NCBI GenBank assembly: GCA_002011085.2
Contig: MTMB02000001.1
Coordinates: forward strand, 785,007 to 817,006
Direction: 5' to 3'
Length of the DNA: 32,000 nt
Origin: Candidatus Geothermarchaeum rappei
GTDB lineage: Archaea; Thermoproteota; Nitrososphaeria; Geothermarchaeales; JDFR-13
In this document: in pieces, positions 9,478 through 19,706 of the stretch
Layout of the letters: each line of letters opens with the position of its first letter
Numbering within the stretch: the stretch's first letter is position 1
The notes under the pieces: generated by a model
The model's input: the letters and a program-made list of their open reading frames with translations, nothing else
Database searches by the model: none
What the model was told of the DNA's origin: nothing
Made by a program: the position numbers and the translations under genes

Positions 9478-10884
9478 CTAGCCCATTCCCCTTACTTCCG
9501 GAGGGATGTAGATACCTAGCCTATTCTTTACCTCCCTAAATAACGCCTCTTCCTTTTTGATCCATTCACCAACCTTATCCGGGGCCTCTGGATAAGCTAG
9601 ATAAAGTCTCTTGACCTCCTTCATCTTGTTAATCGCATAGATTAGATTCCTTAGGAGCTTATGCTTACCATAGAGTATTGTCTTAGATGCTTTTATAAAC
9701 TTGCTGAAGGAGCTCATGAAATCATCTTCATCCCTAGCACGAGCCAACTCCTCAGAGGTTAATAGCTTGGTCTTAACCACAAACTCTATATCCAGATCCG
9801 AATGAGCCTGCAACAATATCCTAAACACATCTAATCTAGCTTGCCTCAGGCCATATGGCCCGCTCATATAAGCCTTCTGATACTTCCAGAGATATTCTCT
9901 ACTATAGTCACTGGCCTCAAGAGACTCTAAGATAACTCTACTAGCCTGATAAGCACCATACATCCCATAACCTATTCCCTCTGCAGTAGCTGGGTCGATC
10001 ATGATCGCAGCGTCTCCAACCGCTAGGAAACCATTACCAACAAATATATGTCTAGGCCTACGGTTTGGAATCACCCACTGTCCTCCCTTAATAACTTTCC
10101 TATTCCTAAGTAGATCTGGAAGCACATCCTCAGCATACCTGTATAGAAGGGTCTTAGGCTTAGGTAGTTTTACGCCACCTATAATACCATTTCCGAAATT
10201 GAGGTAATATCCATCTTCCGACCAGGGAAATAGCCATACATATCCCCCTGGGGCATATTTGCTGTAGAAGTGTAGATGTAGATTCTCGGGATCCCAAATG
10301 GGTTTCTCAAGTTTCACAACCTCCCTATATGCAGGGATGATGTCTCTCTTCTCAATCTCTTTTTCTATCATCCACTTATCCGGCGTCCTCATTAGTAGTG
10401 ATGCAGTATACCCAGAGGCATCGACGATGATCTTACCCCTTACCTCCTTGATCACATCTAAACCTTGTTTCTTTATTTTAACTCCCTTCGCATAATCGTC
10501 TTCTATAATAAGGTCTTGAGCCAGATACCCGTCATATAGAGTGGCACCCTTGTCAAGCACTTTCCTAAGTAACTGCTGCCCATATTTATGTCTATCGACT
10601 ACATATCCACCGTAGCTACTCACAATCTTAACTTTATAATCGAGGCTTCTTCCATAGAGATAAATCCCGTCGACCTTAATTCTAATGGCGTCATCCTCCG
10701 GCCTCGGCAAGCCAGTTTCAACATAATGATGGCCTGCTATGGCGTCACCACATATTTTATCTCCAATTAGGTTCTTGGGTTTAATGTCTATTACGGCGAC
10801 ATCTACATCTTTAGAAGCGAGCAGATAAGCAAGTGATAAACCGGCTGTACCCGCGCCAACTATCACCACGTCATGTGAAGTCAT
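9478..10884 (-). CDS. Geranylgeranyl reductase family FAD-dependent oxidoreductase
   Basis: Rossmann motif DVVIVGAGTAGLSLAYLLA, DKICGDAI, and a flavin-contact motif VGDAAIMIDPATAEGIGYGM. ATG 10884 is preceded by GGGTGG (10893-10898 on the + strand). The ORF track begins at GTG 10896. Confidence 0.85.
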   Translation of the reverse strand: MTSHDVVIVGAGTAGLSLAYLLASKDVDVAVIDIKPKNLIGDKICGDAIAGHHYVETGLPRPEDDAIRIKVDGIYLYGRSLDYKVKIVSSYGGYVVDRHKYGQQLLRKVLDKGATLYDGYLAQDLIIEDDYAKGVKIKKQGLDVIKEVRGKIIVDASGYTASLLMRTPDKWMIEKEIEKRDIIPAYREVVKLEKPIWDPENLHLHFYSKYAPGGYVWLFPWSEDGYYLNFGNGIIGGVKLPKPKTLLYRYAEDVLPDLLRNRKVIKGGQWVIPNRRPRHIFVGNGFLAVGDAAIMIDPATAEGIGYGMYGAYQASRVILESLEASDYSREYLWKYQKAYMSGPYGLRQARLDVFRILLQAHSDLDIEFVVKTKLLTSEELARARDEDDFMSSFSKFIKASKTILYGKHKLLRNLIYAINKMKEVKRLYLAYPEAPDKVGEWIKKEEALFREVKNRLGIYIPPEVRGMG

Positions 10885-11118
10885 ATTCACAACCACCCTA
10901 TTATCAGCTTAATGAATGTAAAATATTATTTATTTTACTTTAGATAACTGTGTCAACCTTAGACTATATTTGTAGTATTTTTTATTTGAAGTCTCGTTAT
11001 ATAAGTATTTCATCATACCAGCAATTTTTTTAGCGTGACGGAAAACCACTTAATTATCTATTACCTTCGCTATTATTTATTATACGATACTGATTCTTAG
11101 AAAAGGTGACTCTGTGAA

Positions 11119-11949
11119 ATGAGTGGAGATGATGGGTTAAAGGATTTTCTAATGAGACTTGATGAGGAGGATAGAAATGAGGCGCTTAGGATACTAAAGA
11201 AAATCGAGGACGATCCAGGGCTGTGTTATCACGAGTTCTCCAAAATATACCCAGGATTCAAATGGCCAAAGCAGTTTGGGAGGAGGACGAGGCCTAGTCT
11301 ATTAAAGAAGATGACTGGAATAGAGATATCTTTACCAGAACCCGATCCTAGTCTCATGGATATGCCGTTGGCGAAGGCTTTGAAGGAGAGGAAGTCTATT
11401 AGAGATTTTAGCAAAAAAGGCTTGACAATCGAGATGTTATCGACCTTCCTATATTATACTGTCGGGATAAAGGGAGATAAACACGGATATCCCCTCAGAA
11501 TGTTTCCCTCAGCAGGCGCCTTACAGCCTGTCGAAACATACGTAGTGGTTGATAGGGTGGAGGGCCTTGAGAAGGGGATATACCATTATGATGCTGGTGA
11601 ACATAAACTTGTTCTCCTGAAGAAAGGAGAGTTTAACGATGAGTTATATGATTATTGCCTTGAGCAGGAACATGTTAGAGACGCACCCGTAAATATTGTG
11701 ATAACCATGGTATATAATAGAACGGCCTCAAAATATGGCTTCAGATCATATAGATACGCGTTACTAGATATTGGTCATGTAGGTATGAATATGTATCTAG
11801 TAGCCACTGCAATGGGATTAGGAACGTGTGCCATCGGCGCCTTCGAGGATGATCCTGTGAATAAGTTGCTGGAGCTTGATACTAAGACGGAGTTCGTGAT
11901 ACTGATCTATCCTATCGGATACAAGAAAAAGGGGTTGGGGTTGCTATAA
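11119..11949 (+). CDS. SagB-type dehydrogenase / nitroreductase family flavoprotein
   Basis: CYHEFSKIY, RKSIRDFS, PSAGALQPVETYVV and a C-terminal LGTCAIGAF resemble the SagB/ThcOx-type nitroreductase domain. GGTGA lies about 10 nt upstream of the ATG. Confidence 0.8.
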   Translation: MSGDDGLKDFLMRLDEEDRNEALRILKKIEDDPGLCYHEFSKIYPGFKWPKQFGRRTRPSLLKKMTGIEISLPEPDPSLMDMPLAKALKERKSIRDFSKKGLTIEMLSTFLYYTVGIKGDKHGYPLRMFPSAGALQPVETYVVVDRVEGLEKGIYHYDAGEHKLVLLKKGEFNDELYDYCLEQEHVRDAPVNIVITMVYNRTASKYGFRSYRYALLDIGHVGMNMYLVATAMGLGTCAIGAFEDDPVNKLLELDTKTEFVILIYPIGYKKKGLGLL

Positions 11950-11956
11950 CGCCTCA

Positions 11957-12904
11957 TCAGTAAATAGAGCCCAGCTCAGCGAGCTTCAACAATCGATTCC
12001 AATTACTCTCTATATACCTTTTTAGCCTCTCAACCACTTCCTTATTCTCCGGCTTCAGCAGATGTCTAAACCTACCCTGAATCTTGAGATATTCCTCTAT
12101 AGGCTTCGGCTTGTTAACCCTAATATTTATAACTATCTTCCCATGATCCACCTCATACACCGGCCATAATCTTGTTTGAACCGCGAGCCTAGCAGCTTCA
12201 ATGCTTAGGGAGGTATCCATCCTCCAGCCAACAGGACACGGGCTATAATAGTGGAAAAATATTGGGCCTTCGTTTTTATCTAGAAATTCAGATGCCTTTG
12301 CAAATTTATTCCACATGTCAGTTGGATAAGCGGGGTTTATAGTTGCTGCATAAGGCACTCTATGAGCTATCACTATGTCCATTAGATTCTTCTTATTCTC
12401 AGGCTTACCCGGTATTACACGTCCAGCTGGGCTTGTTGTGGTGGCTGCACCCAAGGGAGTCCCACCACTTCTCTGTATCCCGGTGTTCATATAGGCCTCG
12501 TTGTCATAGCATACATACAGGAAATTATGGCCCCTTTCAAGTGCCCCGCTCAACGACTGTAGACCAATATCAAATGTCCCTCCATCTCCACCGAATACTA
12601 TGATCTTATATTTCTTTCCATCTCTCTTACGTAGAAGAACTTTCATAGCAGACTCTATTCCCGAGGCTGTTGCAGCAGCGTTTTCAAAGGCATTATGCAC
12701 CCATGGAACTAGCCAAGATGTATGTGGATAGAGCGTCGTAGCCACCTCTAGACAGCATGTTGCATTTACAACAACTTTATCCCCATCAATAGCTTTAAGA
12801 GCCATCTTAACCATCGGAGGAATCCCGCATCCAGCGCATAAACTATGCCCAGATGTAAAGAGCTCCTCCCTAGGTATTTCATTTAGTCTTCTAATCCTAC
12901 TCAT
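11957..12904 (-). CDS. 2-oxoacid:ferredoxin oxidoreductase, beta (TPP-binding) subunit (POR/VOR type)
   Basis: The N-terminal cysteine motif is SLCAGCG and the TPP-binding motif is GGDGGTFDIG...YDNEAYMNTG. It is the last gene of a gamma-delta-alpha-beta operon. The substrate (pyruvate versus branched-chain 2-oxoacids) cannot be decided by eye. Confidence 0.9.
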   Translation of the reverse strand: MSRIRRLNEIPREELFTSGHSLCAGCGIPPMVKMALKAIDGDKVVVNATCCLEVATTLYPHTSWLVPWVHNAFENAAATASGIESAMKVLLRKRDGKKYKIIVFGGDGGTFDIGLQSLSGALERGHNFLYVCYDNEAYMNTGIQRSGGTPLGAATTTSPAGRVIPGKPENKKNLMDIVIAHRVPYAATINPAYPTDMWNKFAKASEFLDKNEGPIFFHYYSPCPVGWRMDTSLSIEAARLAVQTRLWPVYEVDHGKIVINIRVNKPKPIEEYLKIQGRFRHLLKPENKEVVERLKRYIESNWNRLLKLAELGSIY

Positions 12905-12910
12905 TTTATC

Positions 12911-14089
12911 TCATCCCCTTACGCCAACCCATATCTCCCTAATACTAGGGTCTTTAGTGGCATGTAGCATGTCCTCGGCCATTTCTGGAGTGAAGTCTCT
13001 ACCTCCCAATCCATATATCGCATTAATGAGACGGTTATATCTTCCGTATTTGTTCAAAGCCGCTGCTACATCCATATATAACTGTCCCCCTGGGCTACCA
13101 AAGCTGTAGCTCCTATCCATCACCACTATAGTGTCTACATCCTTCAATGCCTCCGCCACTTCTCTGGATGGGAAGGGACGATATAGAGTAAGGCTTAATA
13201 CACCAACTTTTTCACCGTTCTTCCTCCACTTCTTAACCATGGTCCTCATCGTGCCTGCGGTAGAGCCTAGTACGACAAATACGATATCGGCGTCATCAAC
13301 ATACAGTTTCTTTAGGGGGGAATAGCTTCTACCAGAAAACTCTTCATACTCACTGAATACTTCCTTTATACGTGCTGGAGTTGAGTTAAAGGCCTCAGCC
13401 TGCTGCTTCTTGATCTCCATATAATAATCAGGCAAAGCCAGAGGCCCGTATGTAATTGGGTTAGAGGGATCGATTTTGTTCACAGCCTCTCTATCGGGTA
13501 AGAACTCTTTGATCTCCTTCTTATCCTCAAATATGGTAAGCGGCTCAACACTATGGGTGAGAATAAAGCCATCTAGATTGACAATTGATGGAAATAGAAC
13601 CTTCTTATCTTCAGAAACTTTAAATGCTATAAGCGTAAGGTCATATGCCTCCTGAACATTCTCAGCGAAAAACTGTATCCACCCTGCGTCTCTAGCAGCA
13701 TACGCATCGTCGTGGCTACAATGAATATTAATTGGTGCGGAGAACGCCCTATTTCCGAGGGCCATTACAATAGATGTTCTTAGACTAGAAGCAATATATA
13801 ATATTTCATACATTAGAGCGAGGCCTTGACTGGCTGTTGCCGTGAAGGTCCTTGCACCAGCTAGAGACGCGCCGACGGCAGCAGACAAGGCGCTATGTTC
13901 AGACTCCACAGCTATAAATTCTGCATCCAACTCCCCATTATATACAAACTCACTCAGCCTCTCCACGATAATCGTTTGAGGCGTAATTGGATAAGCCGAT
14001 ATGACATCTACATCCGCATGATAGGCGGCGTATGCAACCGCCTCATCCCCATTCAAACCCAGCCTAACTTGCTTACCAATAGTATTCAA
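12911..14089 (-). CDS. 2-oxoacid:ferredoxin oxidoreductase, alpha subunit
   Basis: GDEAVAYAAYHADVDVISAYPITPQT is the conserved POR/VOR alpha N-terminus. Length is 392 aa. It lies 6 nt upstream of the beta subunit and 2 nt downstream of the delta subunit. Confidence 0.9.
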   Translation of the reverse strand: MNTIGKQVRLGLNGDEAVAYAAYHADVDVISAYPITPQTIIVERLSEFVYNGELDAEFIAVESEHSALSAAVGASLAGARTFTATASQGLALMYEILYIASSLRTSIVMALGNRAFSAPINIHCSHDDAYAARDAGWIQFFAENVQEAYDLTLIAFKVSEDKKVLFPSIVNLDGFILTHSVEPLTIFEDKKEIKEFLPDREAVNKIDPSNPITYGPLALPDYYMEIKKQQAEAFNSTPARIKEVFSEYEEFSGRSYSPLKKLYVDDADIVFVVLGSTAGTMRTMVKKWRKNGEKVGVLSLTLYRPFPSREVAEALKDVDTIVVMDRSYSFGSPGGQLYMDVAAALNKYGRYNRLINAIYGLGGRDFTPEMAEDMLHATKDPSIREIWVGVRG

Positions 14090-14091
14090 TA

Positions 14092-14382
14092 TTATTCACC
14101 TCCCTCTTCAACCATATCAATAGCCTTGGTAGGACATTCATGGGCGCATATGCCACAGCCCTTACAATATTCATAATCAACCTCTACATAATCATCGTCT
14201 CTCCTGATAATAGCGTTATCAGGGCAATATACCCAGCATAAAAGACACTTGATACATTTGTCCAAGTCAATAACTGGCTTTAAAGCCCTCCAACTACCAG
14301 TCTTAACCTCTAGTGAATTACCAGGTTTATCTACTACTCCACCTATCGGCAACTCCTCCCATTTAACTGGCCAACTACTCAA
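14092..14382 (-). CDS. 2-oxoacid:ferredoxin oxidoreductase, delta subunit (2x[4Fe-4S] ferredoxin-like)
   Basis: Two cluster motifs, CIKCLLCWVYCP and CKGCGICAHECP. Length is 96 aa. It overlaps the gamma subunit gene by 8 nt. Confidence 0.9.
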   Translation of the reverse strand: MSSWPVKWEELPIGGVVDKPGNSLEVKTGSWRALKPVIDLDKCIKCLLCWVYCPDNAIIRRDDDYVEVDYEYCKGCGICAHECPTKAIDMVEEGGE

Positions 14383-14920
14383 CCTTAATCACCTCTTTAG
14401 CCCCTCTTCTAACAGCCTTAATATTTATATCCGCTAATACTCCACTAAACCTTTTCCTTACAGCCTCTTCCAATGACTCAAGCCTCACAATCCCTGTGAC
14501 TCCAACAAGCGCGCCTATCATGGCTGTATTATATATGGGTCGTCCAATTATCTCCATTGCTATATGATAAGCATCTACGGCATAGGATTCATATCCCTCC
14601 AAAGGCTTGGCATTAGATGGGTCTGTATGATTGAATATGATTATGCTGTCTTCTTTCAATCCAGCTAATATAATATCCTTATATGCCAGTAGGGTCGGGT
14701 CTATGACCACTACTATGTCTGGATTTATCACACCATATCTGATTTCTATAACCTCATCGGAGATCCTTGTATAGCTACGCACTGGAGCGCCACGCCTCTC
14801 TGGACCAAACTCAGGAATATGGATAGCATATTTCCCCTCATATATAGCTGCATTAGCCAGCAGCTGACTACTAGTAACAGTTCCTTGGCCACCACGGCCA
14901 TGCCACCTTACTTCAATCAT
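14375..14920 (-). CDS. 2-oxoacid:ferredoxin oxidoreductase, gamma subunit
   Basis: RWHGRGGQGTVT (the GRGGQG motif) at the N-terminus. Length is 181 aa. It is the first gene of the operon. Confidence 0.9.
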   Translation of the reverse strand: MIEVRWHGRGGQGTVTSSQLLANAAIYEGKYAIHIPEFGPERRGAPVRSYTRISDEVIEIRYGVINPDIVVVIDPTLLAYKDIILAGLKEDSIIIFNHTDPSNAKPLEGYESYAVDAYHIAMEIIGRPIYNTAMIGALVGVTGIVRLESLEEAVRKRFSGVLADINIKAVRRGAKEVIKVE

Positions 14921-14928
14921 CTCAGTCG

Positions 14929-14933
14929 CCTCC
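14929..14933 (-). promoter_or_regulatory. Shine-Dalgarno-like GGAGG upstream of the oxidoreductase gamma subunit gene
   Basis: The minus strand reads acaGGAGGcgactgagATG, which is GGAGG with an 8-nt spacer to the start codon at 14920. Confidence 0.4.
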
Positions 14934-15092
14934 TGTTTAGGTTAAATTAGACGGTTAAGATTATAATCATTACAATAATCTTACTTAAAAATATAAACAT
15001 TTTATTTGCGGAGGTGTAATATACTCATATCCTTTGCCTATATTTATGTGAATATAGTTTAGGCCCCCTGTCATCACCCATTACCCTAATTA

Positions 15093-18000
15093 TTATCTCT
15101 TAATCCTCCTTATAACCACGAATATAAGTATGACGGCTACGATAACGACTGTTAGCGCGATCAACTCAATTGGGAAACTTATCTTCTCCGGCGCCTCTAC
15201 ATTAAATTGTCTTGAAACCTTTGGATAATCATCGAATTCAACAGTAACTTCAATGACTTGACTTCCTCCCTTTGATAACAGTATGGCAGAATATCTCCCT
15301 GGAGAAGTCATGTTAGCAGTTGATCCATTAACAAATACAATTGCATCAGATACAGGTAGTTTATCATACACGTAAAAGGTTGAAATATCTACCATGAAGA
15401 CGTCTTTCTCCTCCACATATGTTATGTCCGCTTTGAAATCTACCTTATCAAAAATCAATGGTATAGATACCGGGTTATACTTTGTAATACCATATGAGTC
15501 ATCCACCACATTTGATATTGTATAATTAAATGACCCAACTGTCTCCTCTAAGACGATAAACTCTAAGACGCCATCCTCTGTATACCTCTCCTGACCATTT
15601 ATCTCCGCAGCTCCTTTAAATGGTGTGTTATCATAGGCATACCATCCTTTGATTATTATAGTGACCTGCGTATTCACAGGATACCTGGATCCTGGCTCCG
15701 GCTCAACTATCTCAAACATGATCATATCCCAGATAATTGAGACGCTGCTGATATTAGCGCTGTACATATTTATGGTAGTGTTGAATAATGGATCCGTAAA
15801 TGATATGTTCGACACTGTAAGGGTAATTTCCCCGACCTCATCTCTAGAGACAACTTGTTCAGCGTATCCTTCCATGGACACTATTGCCTCGGAATTATTC
15901 ACCGTCACTACAGCATTCAATGCTGGACTTGAGTTATGCGCCCATATAACATGGTAGCGTAGATGAACGTCATCGCCCACCGAGACCCTTATAAACATAT
16001 TATCACTAACTTCATGGTAGGGCCTGTCTCCATATGAGACCTCTATATTTGATAGGATTAGATATGTAACTAATACCGACGTCTCGGCTGACGATGGTTT
16101 CCTCAAGGTGTTGATATCAATTATAGTGCTGATATTATGCATCCCTAAGGAGTCGAACAATGGGATTCCAGTTAAATTGAAGGCAGCTGTCTTATTAATA
16201 GGAATATTAAACATGAATTGACCGTCGATGCTTATCGGAATACCATATGTTATATTCATCGGCTCATCGGTATATAGCGAGGTACTCTGGTTTGGAGCCA
16301 CAATCCTAGGCTTAAAATATATCTTAGGCGAGATTCCTTCCATAAAATAGGTTCTCGACACATTGTACATAGTTATATTAATATAATTACCATATGAATC
16401 AGACGCGTGTATCTTGATTGATAACAAGGCCTCTGGATAGGGTGATACAGGTATCTTTAAGGTATATTTTTTATATAGACCTAAAGCTCCTTTCCACACA
16501 TCCACCTTATTCTCATTCCAGCTAAGCCCATTGTCCCAACTAATTGATACATTAACTATATCCAGGGAAGACTTATCTAAAAATATTAGATATATGGTCT
16601 CATTTTCCTCTATTACCGGTGGAATGACGAATTCATATGGTATTGGTGGCGATGGATCATTATACTTAGGATTGAATACAGCCGTTACATTGACCAAGTG
16701 GTATAATGGATATGACAAACTATATTCTCCCACTACAGTATATATTCCTGGTTCGACAGGTAAAAATGATATTCTTTCGAAGTTGAAGGAATCAGTTTCC
16801 GCAACTCTCTTAGTAAGGTTCCCATCATGATATACCTCCAACGTAGAATTCCCTTCAAAAATTACATCTAGGGGTGCATATGAAGTTAATAGAGCAGATG
16901 TTATATTTAGGTAGGCTCCAGATACCTCTACTCCCTTTGTGATATACATAAAAGGTACGTAGGGTGGAGCTACTGGTCTAATTAACCGGCTGTCATCAGT
17001 CTCGGGATCTACATAGGAGATACTCCTATATCCAGATGCCTCTGGATCCAGTGTTAAGAATCCAACATACTCCTTATTCTTAAGAGCAGTTACGTATAGC
17101 ATATATGTACCTCCCTGATAGAAAGGCGTCAACGCCAAGTACGTATATTCCTGATAAGGTGGGAAGACCGCGAGACCGATATAACCAATTTCCCCATCTA
17201 ATAATCCACGGCTATCTATTGTATATCCATAATAGTGTGGTAGAACAAGTTCTTCAGGCGTCCTATTCAAGAGCCAGGATATAGAGAAGAAGTTGTATGC
17301 ATATTTCACAGCCTCTGTGATATTACAGGGATATGGGGGTACCTCAAAGTACTGGGTATTTAAATATAGATTGTCCCCCGATTCAAGGGAGAAATACATA
17401 TCAGCGGAGGTACGGTTCCACAAGCCACCTATATAGAATACCATCGTCGTATTTGATGATGTCAAGAAGGATACTATTGTGAAGAAGGGCTCTATATCAT
17501 TCCCAGCCTTATTAACTAATGGGAGCGTGGTTTTAACACCATATGCAGCCTCTAACTGCAGGTAATAAATATCAATAAACTCGGATATAACGAGTTCTTT
17601 AGTAGCTATGTACATGGGGCCATGTATAAACTCGTCAGCCTGACTAATATTTAGGCCTAAGGCAAACAGGGTATAGTTCCCAGGCGTTAGATAGAACCAT
17701 GCAGAATAGTTGAATTCTCCTTCAAGATTGTACCTGAAGCCAGAGGGGAGTATGATGTTATCTGGGTCAGAGTGTCTATACATAGCGAAGTAAGCATCTA
17801 AATATGCTCCGTCGAGAGTAACGTTGACAACTAGTTTTGGAAGATTGAACATGGAGAAGCCAAGGGTTAGGTTATAGCTATTGTCGATAGCTAGGGTTAT
17901 GGACCCATAGTAAATATCTCTAAATGGCGGTGAATCTATTGACAACACGATATCAGCATATCCTGCTGAGGGGACATTAGATGGGATAGTAATGTTTATG

Positions 18001-19622
18001 AAGCTATCGAAGTCGACGGACTCATTATAATTATAGAAGAGACCGATTTTCTTATCTAAAATAGTTAAGGAATGGGCCTCTCCATCCATGGATTTAAGTC
18101 TATATATGAGGGTTTTGTTTGACTCGAGGTAATTTCCTATGTATTGCAGTGGATTTGACGGTAGAACATCTGTGGAAACTGCTCTATATGCATTCACCAC
18201 TCCAAGTCCCTCAGTAAACATATCGTAGCCTAGTGATACGGAGGTTGAGATAATTGCGGCTCTAACCATTTTAGGGGTATAGTCCTTATGTGCCTGGAGG
18301 ATTAATGCAGCGACACCAGCTACATGTGGGGAAGCCATACTAGTTCCATCAAGCTTTATATAATCTCCACCATCGCCCTTAACCACATCACCCGGGTATC
18401 TCTTAGCGAGAACCCTCTCCAAATAAGAGTCTCGGGCCAATGGAGCGATTATCCCGACGCCCGGAGCCAGCACATCAGGTTTTACCCTAAGGTCTCCTGT
18501 AGGGCCTCTACTACTAAAGACAGCTATACTCCAGTTTTTATCAATTGCCCCGACAGTTATCGCCAAATGTGAAACGGCTGGAGAGCCCAGTGAGAAGTAA
18601 TACGGGCCTTCATTACCAGCTGCTACGACAACTACGACGCCCTCCTCGACGGCTTTATCAACGGCTATACTAAGGGGATCATCACCTATACCGTTGTTCC
18701 CACCACCTAGACTCAGGTTAATCACATCTATACTTTGATTGATGGCATATTCAACACCCTTTATAATCCAGCTTACATATCCTGATCCATTGTTAGCTAG
18801 AACCTTGATATTCGCAAGTGCAGCTCCTGGAGCCACGCCTCTAAACTTTCCGTTGCTAGCTCTTCCAGTACCTGCCGCGATACCAGCCACATGAGTACCA
18901 TGTCCAAACCCATCACTAGGGTCTTCTCCTGGGACGAATGAGACACTATATATTATCTTTGAAGTCCCGTTGGGGAAGTAGAAGTCCGGGTGTTCCTCAT
19001 ATATGCCTGTATCGAGGATCCCGATTATTATCCCGGATCCGTTTATCTCAGTCCCCAAAGTATTTTCCAATGATGACCATTCATCAGAGGGTTTTATCAT
19101 GGGTACTGATTCATTCAACCTTATATGCACCTTATAGTCTACCATTAGATCCGCTGAGAAACTACTGACGTATATTTTTGACACATTTTCAATGGGAACC
19201 TTAGCCGAGATTAAAGGAAAAGCCTTAAATACGTTCTCAACTGAGCCCCCAATTTTCGGTATAAACTTCATTAGGGCGTCTCTCTCCACAAGTCCCTCAT
19301 ACCTAATTATAATAGGAATCTTAACATGCCATAATTCAGATGGAAGAATCCTCAGATTACCTAGATCTGATTTAATTGATGTATTCAGGTTAATATTATC
19401 AAGGGGGTAGAGGAATCCATGGCCCAAGTTAATAAAATCTTTCCCGTTTATGGATATTATTGGGAAATAGGAGTCTTTTAATGAGCCAATGTCTACTGCT
19501 GCAACCAGGCCTTTAAGCCTATTCAAGTCATTAATATCAGCGCCTAGTGAACGTGGCATGCCAAAGACAGGAACTATTAATATTAAAATTATAAATACGA
19601 TTAATATATGGTTTGGCCTCAT
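15093..19622 (-). CDS. Giant extracellular subtilisin-like (S8) serine protease with a C-terminal membrane anchor
   Basis: Signal peptide MRPNHILIVFIILILIVPVFG. Catalytic triad motifs GILDTGI (Asp), GHGTHVAG (His) and DGTSMASPHVAG (Ser). About 1000 aa of non-catalytic sequence follow, with roughly 40 N-x-S/T sequons by hand count. The C-terminus has a TM segment plus basic tail, IELIALTVVIVAVILIFVVIRRIKR. Confidence 0.9.
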   Translation of the reverse strand: MRPNHILIVFIILILIVPVFGMPRSLGADINDLNRLKGLVAAVDIGSLKDSYFPIISINGKDFINLGHGFLYPLDNINLNTSIKSDLGNLRILPSELWHVKIPIIIRYEGLVERDALMKFIPKIGGSVENVFKAFPLISAKVPIENVSKIYVSSFSADLMVDYKVHIRLNESVPMIKPSDEWSSLENTLGTEINGSGIIIGILDTGIYEEHPDFYFPNGTSKIIYSVSFVPGEDPSDGFGHGTHVAGIAAGTGRASNGKFRGVAPGAALANIKVLANNGSGYVSWIIKGVEYAINQSIDVINLSLGGGNNGIGDDPLSIAVDKAVEEGVVVVVAAGNEGPYYFSLGSPAVSHLAITVGAIDKNWSIAVFSSRGPTGDLRVKPDVLAPGVGIIAPLARDSYLERVLAKRYPGDVVKGDGGDYIKLDGTSMASPHVAGVAALILQAHKDYTPKMVRAAIISTSVSLGYDMFTEGLGVVNAYRAVSTDVLPSNPLQYIGNYLESNKTLIYRLKSMDGEAHSLTILDKKIGLFYNYNESVDFDSFINITIPSNVPSAGYADIVLSIDSPPFRDIYYGSITLAIDNSYNLTLGFSMFNLPKLVVNVTLDGAYLDAYFAMYRHSDPDNIILPSGFRYNLEGEFNYSAWFYLTPGNYTLFALGLNISQADEFIHGPMYIATKELVISEFIDIYYLQLEAAYGVKTTLPLVNKAGNDIEPFFTIVSFLTSSNTTMVFYIGGLWNRTSADMYFSLESGDNLYLNTQYFEVPPYPCNITEAVKYAYNFFSISWLLNRTPEELVLPHYYGYTIDSRGLLDGEIGYIGLAVFPPYQEYTYLALTPFYQGGTYMLYVTALKNKEYVGFLTLDPEASGYRSISYVDPETDDSRLIRPVAPPYVPFMYITKGVEVSGAYLNITSALLTSYAPLDVIFEGNSTLEVYHDGNLTKRVAETDSFNFERISFLPVEPGIYTVVGEYSLSYPLYHLVNVTAVFNPKYNDPSPPIPYEFVIPPVIEENETIYLIFLDKSSLDIVNVSISWDNGLSWNENKVDVWKGALGLYKKYTLKIPVSPYPEALLSIKIHASDSYGNYINITMYNVSRTYFMEGISPKIYFKPRIVAPNQSTSLYTDEPMNITYGIPISIDGQFMFNIPINKTAAFNLTGIPLFDSLGMHNISTIIDINTLRKPSSAETSVLVTYLILSNIEVSYGDRPYHEVSDNMFIRVSVGDDVHLRYHVIWAHNSSPALNAVVTVNNSEAIVSMEGYAEQVVSRDEVGEITLTVSNISFTDPLFNTTINMYSANISSVSIIWDMIMFEIVEPEPGSRYPVNTQVTIIIKGWYAYDNTPFKGAAEINGQERYTEDGVLEFIVLEETVGSFNYTISNVVDDSYGITKYNPVSIPLIFDKVDFKADITYVEEKDVFMVDISTFYVYDKLPVSDAIVFVNGSTANMTSPGRYSAILLSKGGSQVIEVTVEFDDYPKVSRQFNVEAPEKISFPIELIALTVVIVAVILIFVVIRRIKR

Positions 19623-19658
19623 CGCAATCTAGAAATTTTTAAAGTACATACCTAGTAT

Positions 19659-19668
19659 AAAAATAAAA
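19659..19668 (-). terminator. T-tract (TTTTATTTTT on the minus strand) downstream of the HAD hydrolase gene
   Basis: The oligo-T run lies about 40 nt after the stop at 19707, which is the archaeal intrinsic termination signal type. The same spacer carries a tttaaaaa TATA-like box for the protease gene. Confidence 0.35.
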
Positions 19669-19706
19669 TTTTTTTATCTTTAATCCCAATGCTTTACCTC
19701 TATTCA

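Noticed and set aside
10918-10938. Inverted repeat GTAAAAT-N7-ATTTTAC upstream of the geranylgeranyl reductase gene
   Set aside because: The arms are 7 bp and composed almost entirely of A/T, at the position where a TATA box is expected. It is most simply promoter AT-richness.
11119-11949. SagB-type dehydrogenase as a marker of a thiazole/oxazole-modified peptide (TOMM) biosynthetic cluster
   Set aside because: No YcaO cyclodehydratase, docking protein or Cys/Ser/Thr-rich precursor ORF is nearby. Its neighbours are a geranylgeranyl reductase and the oxidoreductase operon. Stand-alone SagB-like nitroreductases are common.
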